A DNA stretch of 64,000 bases from the IMG/VR virus record IMGVR_UViG_2558860244_000005, positions 1 through 64,000 of that record, one strand, 5' to 3'. How positions within the stretch are numbered: the first letter of the stretch is position 1; each line of letters begins with the position of its first letter. The position numbers were made by a program, and so were the translations under genes. Origin of the DNA: a virus. Taxonomy: Duplodnaviria; Caudoviricetes. A model generated the notes under the pieces. It was not told the origin of the DNA. It ran no database searches and was given only the letters and a program-made list of their open reading frames with translations. Shown here piece after piece: positions 8,837-17,508 of the stretch.

Positions 8837-8924
8837 GCCCTTGAGATGATGCGCCTCAGCGGTCCTTTTGGCCGGAACAACACCGCTGCCGAACCCGCCG
8901 CACCCTCAAGGAACCGGACCGATC

Positions 8925-9746
8925 ATGGCCAAGAGCAAGTTTTTCCGCGTCGCCGTCGAAGGCGCAACCGTCGATGGCCGCACGATCGAACGTGTCTGGC
9001 TGGAACAGATGGCCGCCAACTACAACGCAGACACCTACACCGCTCGCATCAACTGCGAGCACATCGCGGGCTATAGCCCGGACAAGCCGTTCAACGCCTA
9101 TGGCTCGGTCCTGTCGCTGAAGACCGAAGAGGTCGAACTGACCATCGGCGGCGAAAAGAAGACGCTGCTGGCGCTCTACGCCGAGATCGACGCCAACGAT
9201 CAGCTGCTCGCAATCAACAAGGCAGGGCAGAAGCTGTTCACCAGCTGCGAAATCCATCCCTCCTTTGCCGACACCAAGGAAGCCTACCTTGTCGGCCTCG
9301 CGATTACCGATCAGCCCGCATCGCTCGGCACCGAACCGCTCAAGTTCGCGGCCATGTCGCGCCCGAACGTCTTCTCCACTGCGCACGAGACAATAATCGA
9401 AATCGAGCCGTCGCTCGACGGCGCGACCATCGCCGAAGCGACCAAGTCCGGCTTCATCGCCGCGTTCGCCACGCTCTTCAAGTCGGACAAGCCCAAGGAA
9501 CCGGTCACCCCGCCTCCGGCTCCGGCACCCGCAAACGACAACGCGCCCGACATCGAACGCTTCGCTGCCGTCATGGGTGAACAGGTCGCACTGGCGGTCA
9601 AGCCCGCCAACGACGCGATTGCCGCCCTGCAGGCCGACTTCGCCGACCTCAAGTCCACCCTCGAAACCACCGAAGAGCCGGGCAACTTCACGCGCTCTCC
9701 GGCGACCGGCGGCAGCGGCAACGCCCAGTACCTCACCGACTGCTGA
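8925..9746 (+). CDS. gpO: Capsid scaffolding protein (gpO)
   Basis: KSKFFRVAVEGATVDGRTI...YLVGLAITDQPASLGTE; ends LTDC. Confidence 0.95.
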   Translation: MAKSKFFRVAVEGATVDGRTIERVWLEQMAANYNADTYTARINCEHIAGYSPDKPFNAYGSVLSLKTEEVELTIGGEKKTLLALYAEIDANDQLLAINKAGQKLFTSCEIHPSFADTKEAYLVGLAITDQPASLGTEPLKFAAMSRPNVFSTAHETIIEIEPSLDGATIAEATKSGFIAAFATLFKSDKPKEPVTPPPAPAPANDNAPDIERFAAVMGEQVALAVKPANDAIAALQADFADLKSTLETTEEPGNFTRSPATGGSGNAQYLTDC

Positions 9747-9788
9747 TCAGCCCCGCCAGCCCCCGCCACCCACCGGAGTATCTTTCCC

Positions 9789-10841
9789 ATGCAGACTTCC
9801 ACCCGCCTGCTGCTCAATGCCTTCGTCGCGCAGGTCGCGAAGCTCAACGGCCTGCCGCAGGAATTCACCGCCACCCCCGGCAAGCTCGACAAGTTCAACG
9901 TCTCGCCCGCCATCGAGCAGAAGCTGCAGGCCAAGCTGCGCACGATCAGCGATTTCATGTCGCGCATCAACGTAATGCCCGTGGTCAACCAGCAGGGTAG
10001 CCGCGTCAGCGTCGGCGTGAAGCGCTCGATGGCAAGCCGCACCAATCGCGCCGCCGGAAATCGTCGTTTGCCGCAGGACATCACCGGCTCCGATCAGATC
10101 GACCAGTACCTCTGCAAGAAGACCGACTTCGACTACGCCTGGTCTTACGAAACGCTTGATGCCTGGGCGCACATGCCCGAATTCCAGCAGCTGTGCCGCG
10201 ATGCCGTGCTCGCCCAGAAGGCCGAGGACATCATGTGCATCGGCTTCAACGGCGTCGATGCCGCCGTTGAGACCGACCGCGAGGAATTCCCGCTGCTGCA
10301 GGACGTCAACTACGGTTGGCTCCACAAGATCCGCACCTATGCCTCGAGCCGCGTCATGGCGCACGGCGCCCTGGACAACGCCAATATCTACGTCTCGGAC
10401 ACTGGCTCCGCCGACTACTCGAACCTCGACGCGCTGGTCTTCGATGCCATCCAGACCCTGATCCACGAACGCTACCGCACCGCGACGGACCTTGTCGTGA
10501 TGGTCGGCGGTGACCTCGTCCACGACAAATATTTCAAGATCGTCGAGGAAGCCGGTAACACCGCCACTGAGCAGGTCGCGCGCGACGTCCTGATGTCGAG
10601 CCGGCAGCTGGGCGGCAAGCCGACGGTGCAGGTGCCGTTCTTCCCCGCTGGCAGCATCCTCGTCACCAGCTTCAAGAACCTGTCCTACTACTGGCAGATC
10701 GGCACCGCGCGCCGCGCCATCCAGGACAATCCGGCGCTCGATCAGATCGATAACTTCGAGAGCATCAACGACGCCTTCATGGTCGAGGAATACGGCAAGT
10801 GCGCCCTCCTCGAAAACATCAAGATTGGTCCGAAGGCGTAA
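9789..10841 (+). CDS. gpN: Major capsid protein (P2 gpN)
   Basis: FNVSPAIEQKL, IMCIGFNG, LLQDVNYGWL, SINDAFMVEEY. Confidence 0.95.
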   Translation: MQTSTRLLLNAFVAQVAKLNGLPQEFTATPGKLDKFNVSPAIEQKLQAKLRTISDFMSRINVMPVVNQQGSRVSVGVKRSMASRTNRAAGNRRLPQDITGSDQIDQYLCKKTDFDYAWSYETLDAWAHMPEFQQLCRDAVLAQKAEDIMCIGFNGVDAAVETDREEFPLLQDVNYGWLHKIRTYASSRVMAHGALDNANIYVSDTGSADYSNLDALVFDAIQTLIHERYRTATDLVVMVGGDLVHDKYFKIVEEAGNTATEQVARDVLMSSRQLGGKPTVQVPFFPAGSILVTSFKNLSYYWQIGTARRAIQDNPALDQIDNFESINDAFMVEEYGKCALLENIKIGPKA

Positions 10842-10883
10842 GCCTTCGGCCATCGCCCGCCCTCATCGAGCAGGAACGACATC

Positions 10884-11738
10884 ATGACACCCGCACGTCT
10901 CCATCGGGAGCGCATGGCTGCCCTTGCTGCCGCCGCCGTTGACCCGAAGCAGGTTGTTTCCTCCGATAAGGGCGGGCAACCCTCTCCCGCGCCTGCCGAC
11001 CGCACGCCCGCGATGATCTATCGCGAGCGGGCGGCGGCAACCGCCATTGTCTCTGCGCCCGAAGGCGCTGTCACGGCGGAAAACCGTATCGCCGCCGAGA
11101 TCGCGCTGCGTTTCACCCATGACCTGCGCCGCCTTAAGGAAATCCGCTCGATCGACCGGAAGATCGAGGCCAAGCGCGAAATGCTGCCCGACTACGCGGC
11201 ATGGATCGAAGGCCTGCTCGCCGCCGACGCGGGTGCCGGTAACGGCACCGTGGCCGAAGTCCTGCCTACCTGCATGGTCTGGTTCATCGACATCGGCGAA
11301 TTCGACCAGGCGCTCGATCTCGTGCCTTTCATCTTCCGCCACAACGTCGCGATGCCCGCGCGTTACCAGCGCGACGCGGCGACGATCGTCGTCGAGGAAA
11401 TCGCAGAAGCCGCGCTCAAGCAGCAGAACGCGGGCAAGGCCTTCCCGCTCGACGTCCTCACCCGCACCGGCGAACTCACCGACGATCTCGACATCCACGA
11501 CGAGGTCCGTGCCAAGCTGCTCAAAGCGATCGGCATCGAACAGCTGCGCGTGTGTGAGGGCATGGTAGCCGAGGATTCCGCCGAAGGCCTGGCCGCTACC
11601 ATCGCCACCTTCCGCGAAGCCCAACGGCTGCACGATCGCATCGGCGTGAAGGATCGCGTCAAGCGCGCGGAAAAGCTGCTGGCTGCTGTTACCGCCGCCG
11701 CGCCCCCCGCCGACACCGGCGGCATTCCTGCCGCGTAA
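10884..11738 (+). CDS. gpM: Terminase endonuclease subunit (gpM)
   Basis: MTPAR, LRRLKEIRSIDRKIEAKREMLP, WFIDIGEF, IGVK; position after N. Confidence 0.9.
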   Translation: MTPARLHRERMAALAAAAVDPKQVVSSDKGGQPSPAPADRTPAMIYRERAAATAIVSAPEGAVTAENRIAAEIALRFTHDLRRLKEIRSIDRKIEAKREMLPDYAAWIEGLLAADAGAGNGTVAEVLPTCMVWFIDIGEFDQALDLVPFIFRHNVAMPARYQRDAATIVVEEIAEAALKQQNAGKAFPLDVLTRTGELTDDLDIHDEVRAKLLKAIGIEQLRVCEGMVAEDSAEGLAATIATFREAQRLHDRIGVKDRVKRAEKLLAAVTAAAPPADTGGIPAA

Positions 11739-11856
11739 CAAGCTCGCCCCCGGCGCTCAGGGGCGGATCGCGCGCTGCGGGAGGCTATCGAGCCGTAGGG
11801 CCGCCAGCTGACCCGATCCCCACCCCTGTTAGCCGGGCGGGCCGACATGAGGATCC

Positions 11857-12339
11857 ATGACTTTCATCGCCACCCCTCCCAGCGCCGCGATCGAGGATCC
11901 TCCCGCCGCCGAAGGCGTGATCACCAATGACGGCTTCTTCCCCGACATCACGCCCGCCACCGTCCGCGCAGATGCCCGCATTTCCGCGAACGTCACCGCG
12001 CCTCGGCTGCGGGCGGCGATCCTGGGCGCCATCATGTCGGTGGAGCACGACCTGCGCGCCTACGCCGCGCGGTCGATTGCCGCCGGGTACGCCACGCTCG
12101 CCGATGTGCCGTCGCCCCAGCTTGACGGCCAAAGCCAGCAGCTGATCCGCTATCAGCGCGCCGTCAGCCTCTACGCCAAGGCCGAACTGGTCGAGCGCTA
12201 CCGTGACTTCGATACGACCAGCGCGGGCGGCAACCAGGCGGACGATCTCACGCCCTCGATCGGCGAACTGCGCCGAGATGCCCTGCATGCCGTGCGCGAC
12301 ATCCTCGGCGCATCGCGCACCACGGTGGATCTGATCTGA
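11857..12339 (+). CDS. gpL: Head completion protein (gpL)
   Basis: ITNDGFFPDI...LVERYRDFDTT...TTVDLI. Confidence 0.9.
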   Translation: MTFIATPPSAAIEDPPAAEGVITNDGFFPDITPATVRADARISANVTAPRLRAAILGAIMSVEHDLRAYAARSIAAGYATLADVPSPQLDGQSQQLIRYQRAVSLYAKAELVERYRDFDTTSAGGNQADDLTPSIGELRRDALHAVRDILGASRTTVDLI

Positions 12340-12569
12340 TGGCCGCCGCGCAGAGCCTCCGGTCCAAACAGGGCGACACGCTCGATCAGCTGCTCTGGCG
12401 CGAAGCCGGGCTGGGACCGGGCGAACTGACGCGCGTGCTCGATGCCAACCCCGGCCTTGCCGACAGCGCAAAGGTGCTGCCGCTCGGCACCGTCGTCCTG
12501 ATCCCGGCGACCGCGACGACCTCCACCAGCGCGAACCGCGTGCTGCCCCTCATCCAGCTTTGGAGCTGA
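12339..12569 (+). CDS. gpX: Tail protein X
   Basis: QGDTLDQLLWR...VLDANPGLAD...IQLW. Confidence 0.9.
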   Translation: MAAAQSLRSKQGDTLDQLLWREAGLGPGELTRVLDANPGLADSAKVLPLGTVVLIPATATTSTSANRVLPLIQLWS

Positions 12570-12572
12570 CAC

Positions 12573-12905
12573 ATGGAACTGCGCCCCGTTCTCGAAACCG
12601 CGGCTGAATTTCTTGGCTCGCTTTCGCCCTCGCTGATCGGCTCGGCCGTCGCCCAGGCATGGAAGCCCGGCCTCTCCTACCGCCAGCGCTTCGCCCAGTG
12701 GGCGATCGGTTCGACGGTCAGCTATTACGCCACGCTGGCCATCGTCGCGCTCACCGGATGGGGCGGCCTCGTCTCCCAGTCGATCGGCTTCGGCATCGCC
12801 CTGCTCGCCTACGACGCCACGCCCAAGCTGGCCAAGGCCGCGATCGACACGCTCGCCAGCCTCCCGGCCCGCCTCGCCGACCGCTTCCTCCCCAAGAAGG
12901 ACTGA
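12573..12905 (+). CDS. Putative holin
   Basis: Two to three hydrophobic segments, basic C-terminus, between X and endolysin. Confidence 0.65.
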   Translation: MELRPVLETAAEFLGSLSPSLIGSAVAQAWKPGLSYRQRFAQWAIGSTVSYYATLAIVALTGWGGLVSQSIGFGIALLAYDATPKLAKAAIDTLASLPARLADRFLPKKD

Positions 12906-12909
12906 CCCG

Positions 12910-13482
12910 ATGACCGCCAAGCCGCGCCGCGCGCTCGCCAATCCTGCCGCCTTCTTCGCTTCACTCCGCTCGATCACCGGCGGCCTCGATCAGAAGCAGG
13001 TGAACATCGTCAACGCCATCATGGCATCCGCCGCCGCATGGCCGGTGGGCTGGCTGGCCTATGCACTCGCCACCACCTGGCACGAGGCCCGCTTCACCCC
13101 GCAGCGCGAATGGGGCCTCGGCAAAGGCAGGCCCTACGCCGCCCCCGGCAAGTACGGTCAGCCGCAGTACGGACGCGGCCTCGTCCAGCTGACGTGGGAC
13201 CGCAATTACGAGTGGGCGGACAAGGCGCTCGGCCTCAAGGGCACCCTGCTCAAGAACTTCGATCTCGCCCTCGATCCCGTCCTGTCGGTGCGGATCCTCA
13301 TCAAGGGTATGGAGGAAGGCGCGTTCACCGGGCGTAGCCTCAGCCGCTATATCTCCGACACCGGCACCCACGAACAGTTCGTGCAGGCCCGCCGAATCAT
13401 CAACGGCACCGACCGCGCCGACGACATCGCCGACATCGCCGACAAGATTCAGGCCGCGCTGATCAGGGGCGGATGGGCGTGA
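12910..13482 (+). CDS. Endolysin, GH19 chitinase/lysozyme-like
   Basis: YALATTWHE...YGRGLVQLTWDRNY...ARRIING. Confidence 0.85.
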   Translation: MTAKPRRALANPAAFFASLRSITGGLDQKQVNIVNAIMASAAAWPVGWLAYALATTWHEARFTPQREWGLGKGRPYAAPGKYGQPQYGRGLVQLTWDRNYEWADKALGLKGTLLKNFDLALDPVLSVRILIKGMEEGAFTGRSLSRYISDTGTHEQFVQARRIINGTDRADDIADIADKIQAALIRGGWA

Positions 13483-13877
13483 GCCTCGGCCTCTCCCACG
13501 TCATCCTTGCCGGGGCGCTCACCGCGAGCGCTGCCGGTATCGGCGGTTTCTTCTACGGCACGGGCGTCGGCGCCGCACAGGAACAGGCCGCCCAGAAGCG
13601 GGCCCACGATGCCGCGCGCGCTGAGCGCGACCGGCTGCAAGGCCAGATCGACGCCTCCACCGAGCGCAGTCAGACCGCCGAATATGCCCGGCAGACCAAC
13701 GTCAGGGAAATTTACCATGAAAGCCAGAAGGTCATTGAGCGGCCCGTGTATCGCAATGTCTGCGTTGATGCTGATGGCGTCGGGCTGCTCGACCGCGCCG
13801 CATCGGTCGCCAATGGCGAGAGTGTCGCCAGCGCTGCTGGCACCGCCCCCGGCGCTGCCGAAGGTGCAGCGCGGTAG
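13479..13877 (+). CDS. Inner-membrane spanin (Rz-like)
   Basis: N-terminal TM helix then coiled coil; GTGA overlap with the endolysin stop. Confidence 0.75.
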   Translation: MSLGLSHVILAGALTASAAGIGGFFYGTGVGAAQEQAAQKRAHDAARAERDRLQGQIDASTERSQTAEYARQTNVREIYHESQKVIERPVYRNVCVDADGVGLLDRAASVANGESVASAAGTAPGAAEGAAR

Positions 13878-14031
13878 CACCGGCGAGATGACCGGCGCCG
13901 ACGCGCATGCCAGCCTAACCGCGCTCTACGACGTCGCCGGGCAGATCCGCGCGGCCTTCATCGAATTGCAGGGGCAGGTTCGCGCCATGCAGACGCCCGG
14001 CACGGGAGGCACCGATGCGCAAGGCAAATGA
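13717..14031 (+). CDS. Outer-membrane spanin lipoprotein (Rz1-like)
   Basis: Overlaps Rz in another frame; signal peptide MKARR...LMLMASGC lipobox, Pro-rich stretch. Confidence 0.72.
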   Translation: MKARRSLSGPCIAMSALMLMASGCSTAPHRSPMARVSPALLAPPPALPKVQRGSTGEMTGADAHASLTALYDVAGQIRAAFIELQGQVRAMQTPGTGGTDAQGK

Positions 14032-14533
14032 TCTGCGGCGCTGGCTCACGGCCTATCTGCCGGACCTGAAGAAGAACCCGGAGAATCTCAGCATCTACAT
14101 CGACGCGGGCCAGATCAACGCCCGCCGGTCGAAGACGCTGTCGTTCTCCTACAGCTACGCGCTCAAGGTCACGATCTTCGACTTCGCCGCCGATCCCGAC
14201 ACGCTGATGGTCCCGATCCTGGCATGGATCGAGAAGGAACAGCCGCAGTTGTTGCAGCGCGCCGACAGCCGGCCCTTCGGCTTCGAGGCACAGCCGCTCG
14301 ACACCGAGAAGTTCGATATCGAGATCTCGATCGACCTGACCGAGCCGGTACTCGTGATTCCTCGTCCGGACGGCAGCGGCTACGATGTAGACCATATCCC
14401 CGAACCCAAATTCCCCGACAGCTTCGCGGGTGTCCATGCCTCGTTCCTGCAGGGCTTCGGCAATACCGAACTGCTGGTGGAGACCGAGGATCCTGAAGCC
14501 GTGCTCACGCCTGCCGTACCGCCCGCCGCATGA
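14015..14533 (+). CDS. gpR: Tail completion protein R
   Basis: MRKANDLRRWL...LMVPILAWI...IDLTEPV. Confidence 0.9.
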   Translation: MRKANDLRRWLTAYLPDLKKNPENLSIYIDAGQINARRSKTLSFSYSYALKVTIFDFAADPDTLMVPILAWIEKEQPQLLQRADSRPFGFEAQPLDTEKFDIEISIDLTEPVLVIPRPDGSGYDVDHIPEPKFPDSFAGVHASFLQGFGNTELLVETEDPEAVLTPAVPPAA

Positions 14534-15198
14534 GCGACGATCTCGCCGAACTGGAGCGGGTAGCTGGCGCGCTCCTGCGCAGCCTGTCGGCGGCCGAGCA
14601 GCGCGGCCTGATGCGGCGCATGGGCCGCGACCTTGCCGCCAGTCAGCGCCGCCGCATCGCCGCCCAGCAGCAGCCGGACGGCAGCGCCTTCGAAGCGCGG
14701 CGGGAGAAGGCACCCGCGCAGCCGGGGCGCGGCCCGGCCTGCTTCCTCTATCCGGCGGGTGGCGGCGGTGAACCCCGCCGCGTCCTGATGAAGAGTTTCA
14801 CATGGGGCAGCGGCCACATGCTGACCGGCTTCGACATCGAGGCCGGTGCCATCCGCTCGTTCGAGCGCGACAAGATCGTGAAATGGCTCCCGGTACCCGA
14901 GGAGCATCGCGGCGGCAGCGCCGCGCGGAAACGCCCCGCCCGCATCCGCCGCCGCGCGATGTTCCGCCGCTTGGCCACAGCGCCATTCCTGCGAAGCGGC
15001 GTGGACGATCAGGGCGTCTGGGTCGGCTTCACCGGCAAGGTCGCCCAGATCGCCAGCGTTCATCAGTATGGATTGCGAGACAAGCCCTCGCTGCGGGCGA
15101 AGGCTGTACCATACCCCAAGCGCGAACTGCTGGGCGTGACGACGGCAGATTGCGAGAACTTGCTGGCTTTACTCTTCGCTCATTTAGATCCCGCATAG
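14530..15198 (+). CDS. gpS: Virion morphogenesis / tail completion protein S, with internal insertion
   Basis: SQRRRIAAQQQPDGSAF...IASVHQYGL...YPKRELLG. Confidence 0.88.
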   Translation: MSDDLAELERVAGALLRSLSAAEQRGLMRRMGRDLAASQRRRIAAQQQPDGSAFEARREKAPAQPGRGPACFLYPAGGGGEPRRVLMKSFTWGSGHMLTGFDIEAGAIRSFERDKIVKWLPVPEEHRGGSAARKRPARIRRRAMFRRLATAPFLRSGVDDQGVWVGFTGKVAQIASVHQYGLRDKPSLRAKAVPYPKRELLGVTTADCENLLALLFAHLDPA

Positions 15199-15201
15199 CT
15201 C

Positions 15202-15735
15202 TTATGGCGGGGTTGATCGTCCTGGAAGCGTGGAAGGGCCGCTTTCGGTCGCCGCTGGCGGCTTCGCTCCGATAGCGGCAAATGCCAAGTTGGTTGCTGA
15301 CTTGAGCGCTTCCAAATACTCTTTACCCGTGATCGATCCGTCTTGATATCGCTTGCAATAAGCATGTTCCACGTCCTCGAACAGCCTAACGGCGGCCGCG
15401 CGCGCATCAACCGCTTGGATCGTGGCGGTTACTGCATCTTTGGCTTCACCGCTTCCTGTCACTGACAAAGAAGATGACGCTCCACGTACTGTCATCGCTC
15501 CGGCGAAAGGCTCAGCACATACAACCAATCGAAGCGTCAGTTTCCCTTCGATGTATTCTTGCCGTTCAAGAAAATAAATAGCTCGACGATCACCTGTCTG
15601 TGTACGCATTTTGTTGCGATCATGAGGTTTATTCAGATGATCTGACATTACACCGCGCGATGTAAGTGTCTCAATCGTGGAAGCGCACCCTGACAACCCG
15701 ACGATGAGCATTAATAGTGTAAAACAGCGAACCAT
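15202..15735 (-). CDS. Moron lipoprotein, function unknown
   Basis: Opposite strand, AT-richer; MVRCFTLLMLIVGLSGC lipobox; start uncertain (15735 or up to 15792). Confidence 0.65.
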   Translation of the reverse strand: MVRCFTLLMLIVGLSGCASTIETLTSRGVMSDHLNKPHDRNKMRTQTGDRRAIYFLERQEYIEGKLTLRLVVCAEPFAGAMTVRGASSSLSVTGSGEAKDAVTATIQAVDARAAAVRLFEDVEHAYCKRYQDGSITGKEYLEALKSATNLAFAAIGAKPPAATESGPSTLPGRSTPP

Positions 15736-15868
15736 CGCTAGTACTCCCAAACGATCGATCTTCATGTGTCCAACGGATGCATCCGACTGCACAATTCGGA
15801 AAAATCTGCATCTATCCGTTAGCTAAACCCGCTCTTCCGGCGTGACGGAGACTGTGCCTATCCAGGCG

Positions 15869-15900
15869 CTGCACTTGGCCTAACGCCCAGCCAAATGCAG
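15869..15900 (+). promoter_or_regulatory. Putative Ogr-type late-promoter site upstream of J
   Basis: CTGCACTTGG-N12-CCAAATGCAG. Confidence 0.62.
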
Positions 15901-15941
15901 CCCGGTAGCGCTGCCCCCATGCCTGCCGCGACATGGGCGGC

Positions 15942-16949
15942 ATGGCCGATGCAACCTTCACCGCCGTAGACCTGTCGCGCATTCCGCTGCCTGACGCTGT
16001 CGAGGAACTCGATTTCGAGACTCTCTTCGCGCGGGCGCTTGCGCGCATGAAAGCGCTGATGGCGGAAGAAGGCGTCGAGTTCGACGGCCGGGAGAGCAAC
16101 CCTTCCACCCGCGTCCTTCAGGTCTTCGCCTACGAGGTCCAGCTGCTGCTGCAGCGCCTCAACGAAGCCGTGCGCGCCGTCATGGTCGCCTACGCCGTCG
16201 AGAATGACCTCGACAATCTCGCCGCCGGTTTCGGCGTGGTCCGCCGGACCATCACCCCCGCCGACGATGTGCTCGGCATTCCGGCCGTGATGGAGAGCGA
16301 CACCGAATTTCGCCGCCGCATTGTCCTGGCACCGGAAGGCTATTCGGTTGCCGGTCCCGAGGGCGCCTACATCTACCATGCGCTCTCGGCCCATCCCAAT
16401 GTACTCGACGCCAGTGCCACCAGCCCCGCGCCTGACGACATCCGCGCGATCGTGCTGGGCGTCCTGCAATCCTATGCTGCCAGCAATGCGCTGGTGACGG
16501 CGATGACCAACGCGCTCGACGGCGCGATCTGGCCCGGCGAAGTCATCGTCTCGCTCCTGTCCCGCGTCGATAGCGGCGCCGCCAGCGCGGATCTGATCGA
16601 GGACGTCGGCGCGTACCTGTCCAGCGAGGACATCCGCCCGCTGACCGACCATGTCATCACGCAGTCTGCCGAGATCGTTCCCTACACCGTCGAGGGCACG
16701 ATCAAGACGTTTTCCGGCCCCGATGGCGGCGTGGTCATGGATGCCGCGCTCGCCAGCGCCAAGGCCTATACCGACGAGAGCCACCGGCTCGGCCGCGATA
16801 TCACCCTGTCGGGCCTGCATGCCGCGCTGCACGTCGAAGGCGTCCAGAACGTTCAGCTGACTCAGCCACCGGCCGACATTGTCATCTCGCGCACGCAGGC
16901 GCCGTACTGCACCAAGATCGACGTCACTTACGCGGGCATCGACGAATGA
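15942..16949 (+). CDS. gpJ: Baseplate protein J
   Basis: VDLSRIPLPDAVEELDFE, APEGYSVAGPEGAY, IRPLTDHV. Confidence 0.93.
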   Translation: MADATFTAVDLSRIPLPDAVEELDFETLFARALARMKALMAEEGVEFDGRESNPSTRVLQVFAYEVQLLLQRLNEAVRAVMVAYAVENDLDNLAAGFGVVRRTITPADDVLGIPAVMESDTEFRRRIVLAPEGYSVAGPEGAYIYHALSAHPNVLDASATSPAPDDIRAIVLGVLQSYAASNALVTAMTNALDGAIWPGEVIVSLLSRVDSGAASADLIEDVGAYLSSEDIRPLTDHVITQSAEIVPYTVEGTIKTFSGPDGGVVMDAALASAKAYTDESHRLGRDITLSGLHAALHVEGVQNVQLTQPPADIVISRTQAPYCTKIDVTYAGIDE

Positions 16950-17497
16950 CCTTCGCGTCGCTCCTGCCGCCCGGCTCCACGGCATTGCAGAAGGCCCTCG
17001 AACGGGTCGGCTCGGAGATGCTCGACATCCCGATCCTCGTCCGCGCGGTGAAGTCCGCCGACGACAGCCCGCTGCAGTTCCTGCCGTGGTTGGCGTGGGA
17101 GCGCTCGCTCGACAACTGGTCATCCGACTGGCCCGAGGCGATCCGCCGCGAGCGCGTCCGCCAGGCGATCCCCATCGCGCGGCGCAAGGGCACGGCGGCG
17201 TCCGTGCGCGCCGTGGTCCAGAGCTTCGGCGGATCGGTCGCGCTGCGCGAATGGTGGCAGATGGAGCCGAAGGGCATTCCGCACACCTTCGATCTCGTGC
17301 TCAACCTCGAACAGAAGGGCGCGCCCGCCAGCGCCGCCTTCGTCGATCAGGTCATAGCCGAGGTCAGCCGCGCCAAGCCGGTGCGCAGCCACTTCACCTT
17401 CACCCAAGGCATCAACGCCGCCGCAGATGTCGGCTTGATCGCGACCGTTCGTCCCACCCTCTTCGCCCGCCTGTCCTGCACGGCCACGGCGGTTTGA
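16946..17497 (+). CDS. gpI: Tail protein I
   Basis: SLLPPGST...FLPWLAWERSLDNW...RRKGT...AKPVRSHF. Confidence 0.93.
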   Translation: MTFASLLPPGSTALQKALERVGSEMLDIPILVRAVKSADDSPLQFLPWLAWERSLDNWSSDWPEAIRRERVRQAIPIARRKGTAASVRAVVQSFGGSVALREWWQMEPKGIPHTFDLVLNLEQKGAPASAAFVDQVIAEVSRAKPVRSHFTFTQGINAAADVGLIATVRPTLFARLSCTATAV

Positions 17498-17508
17498 CCG
17501 GAGCACCC

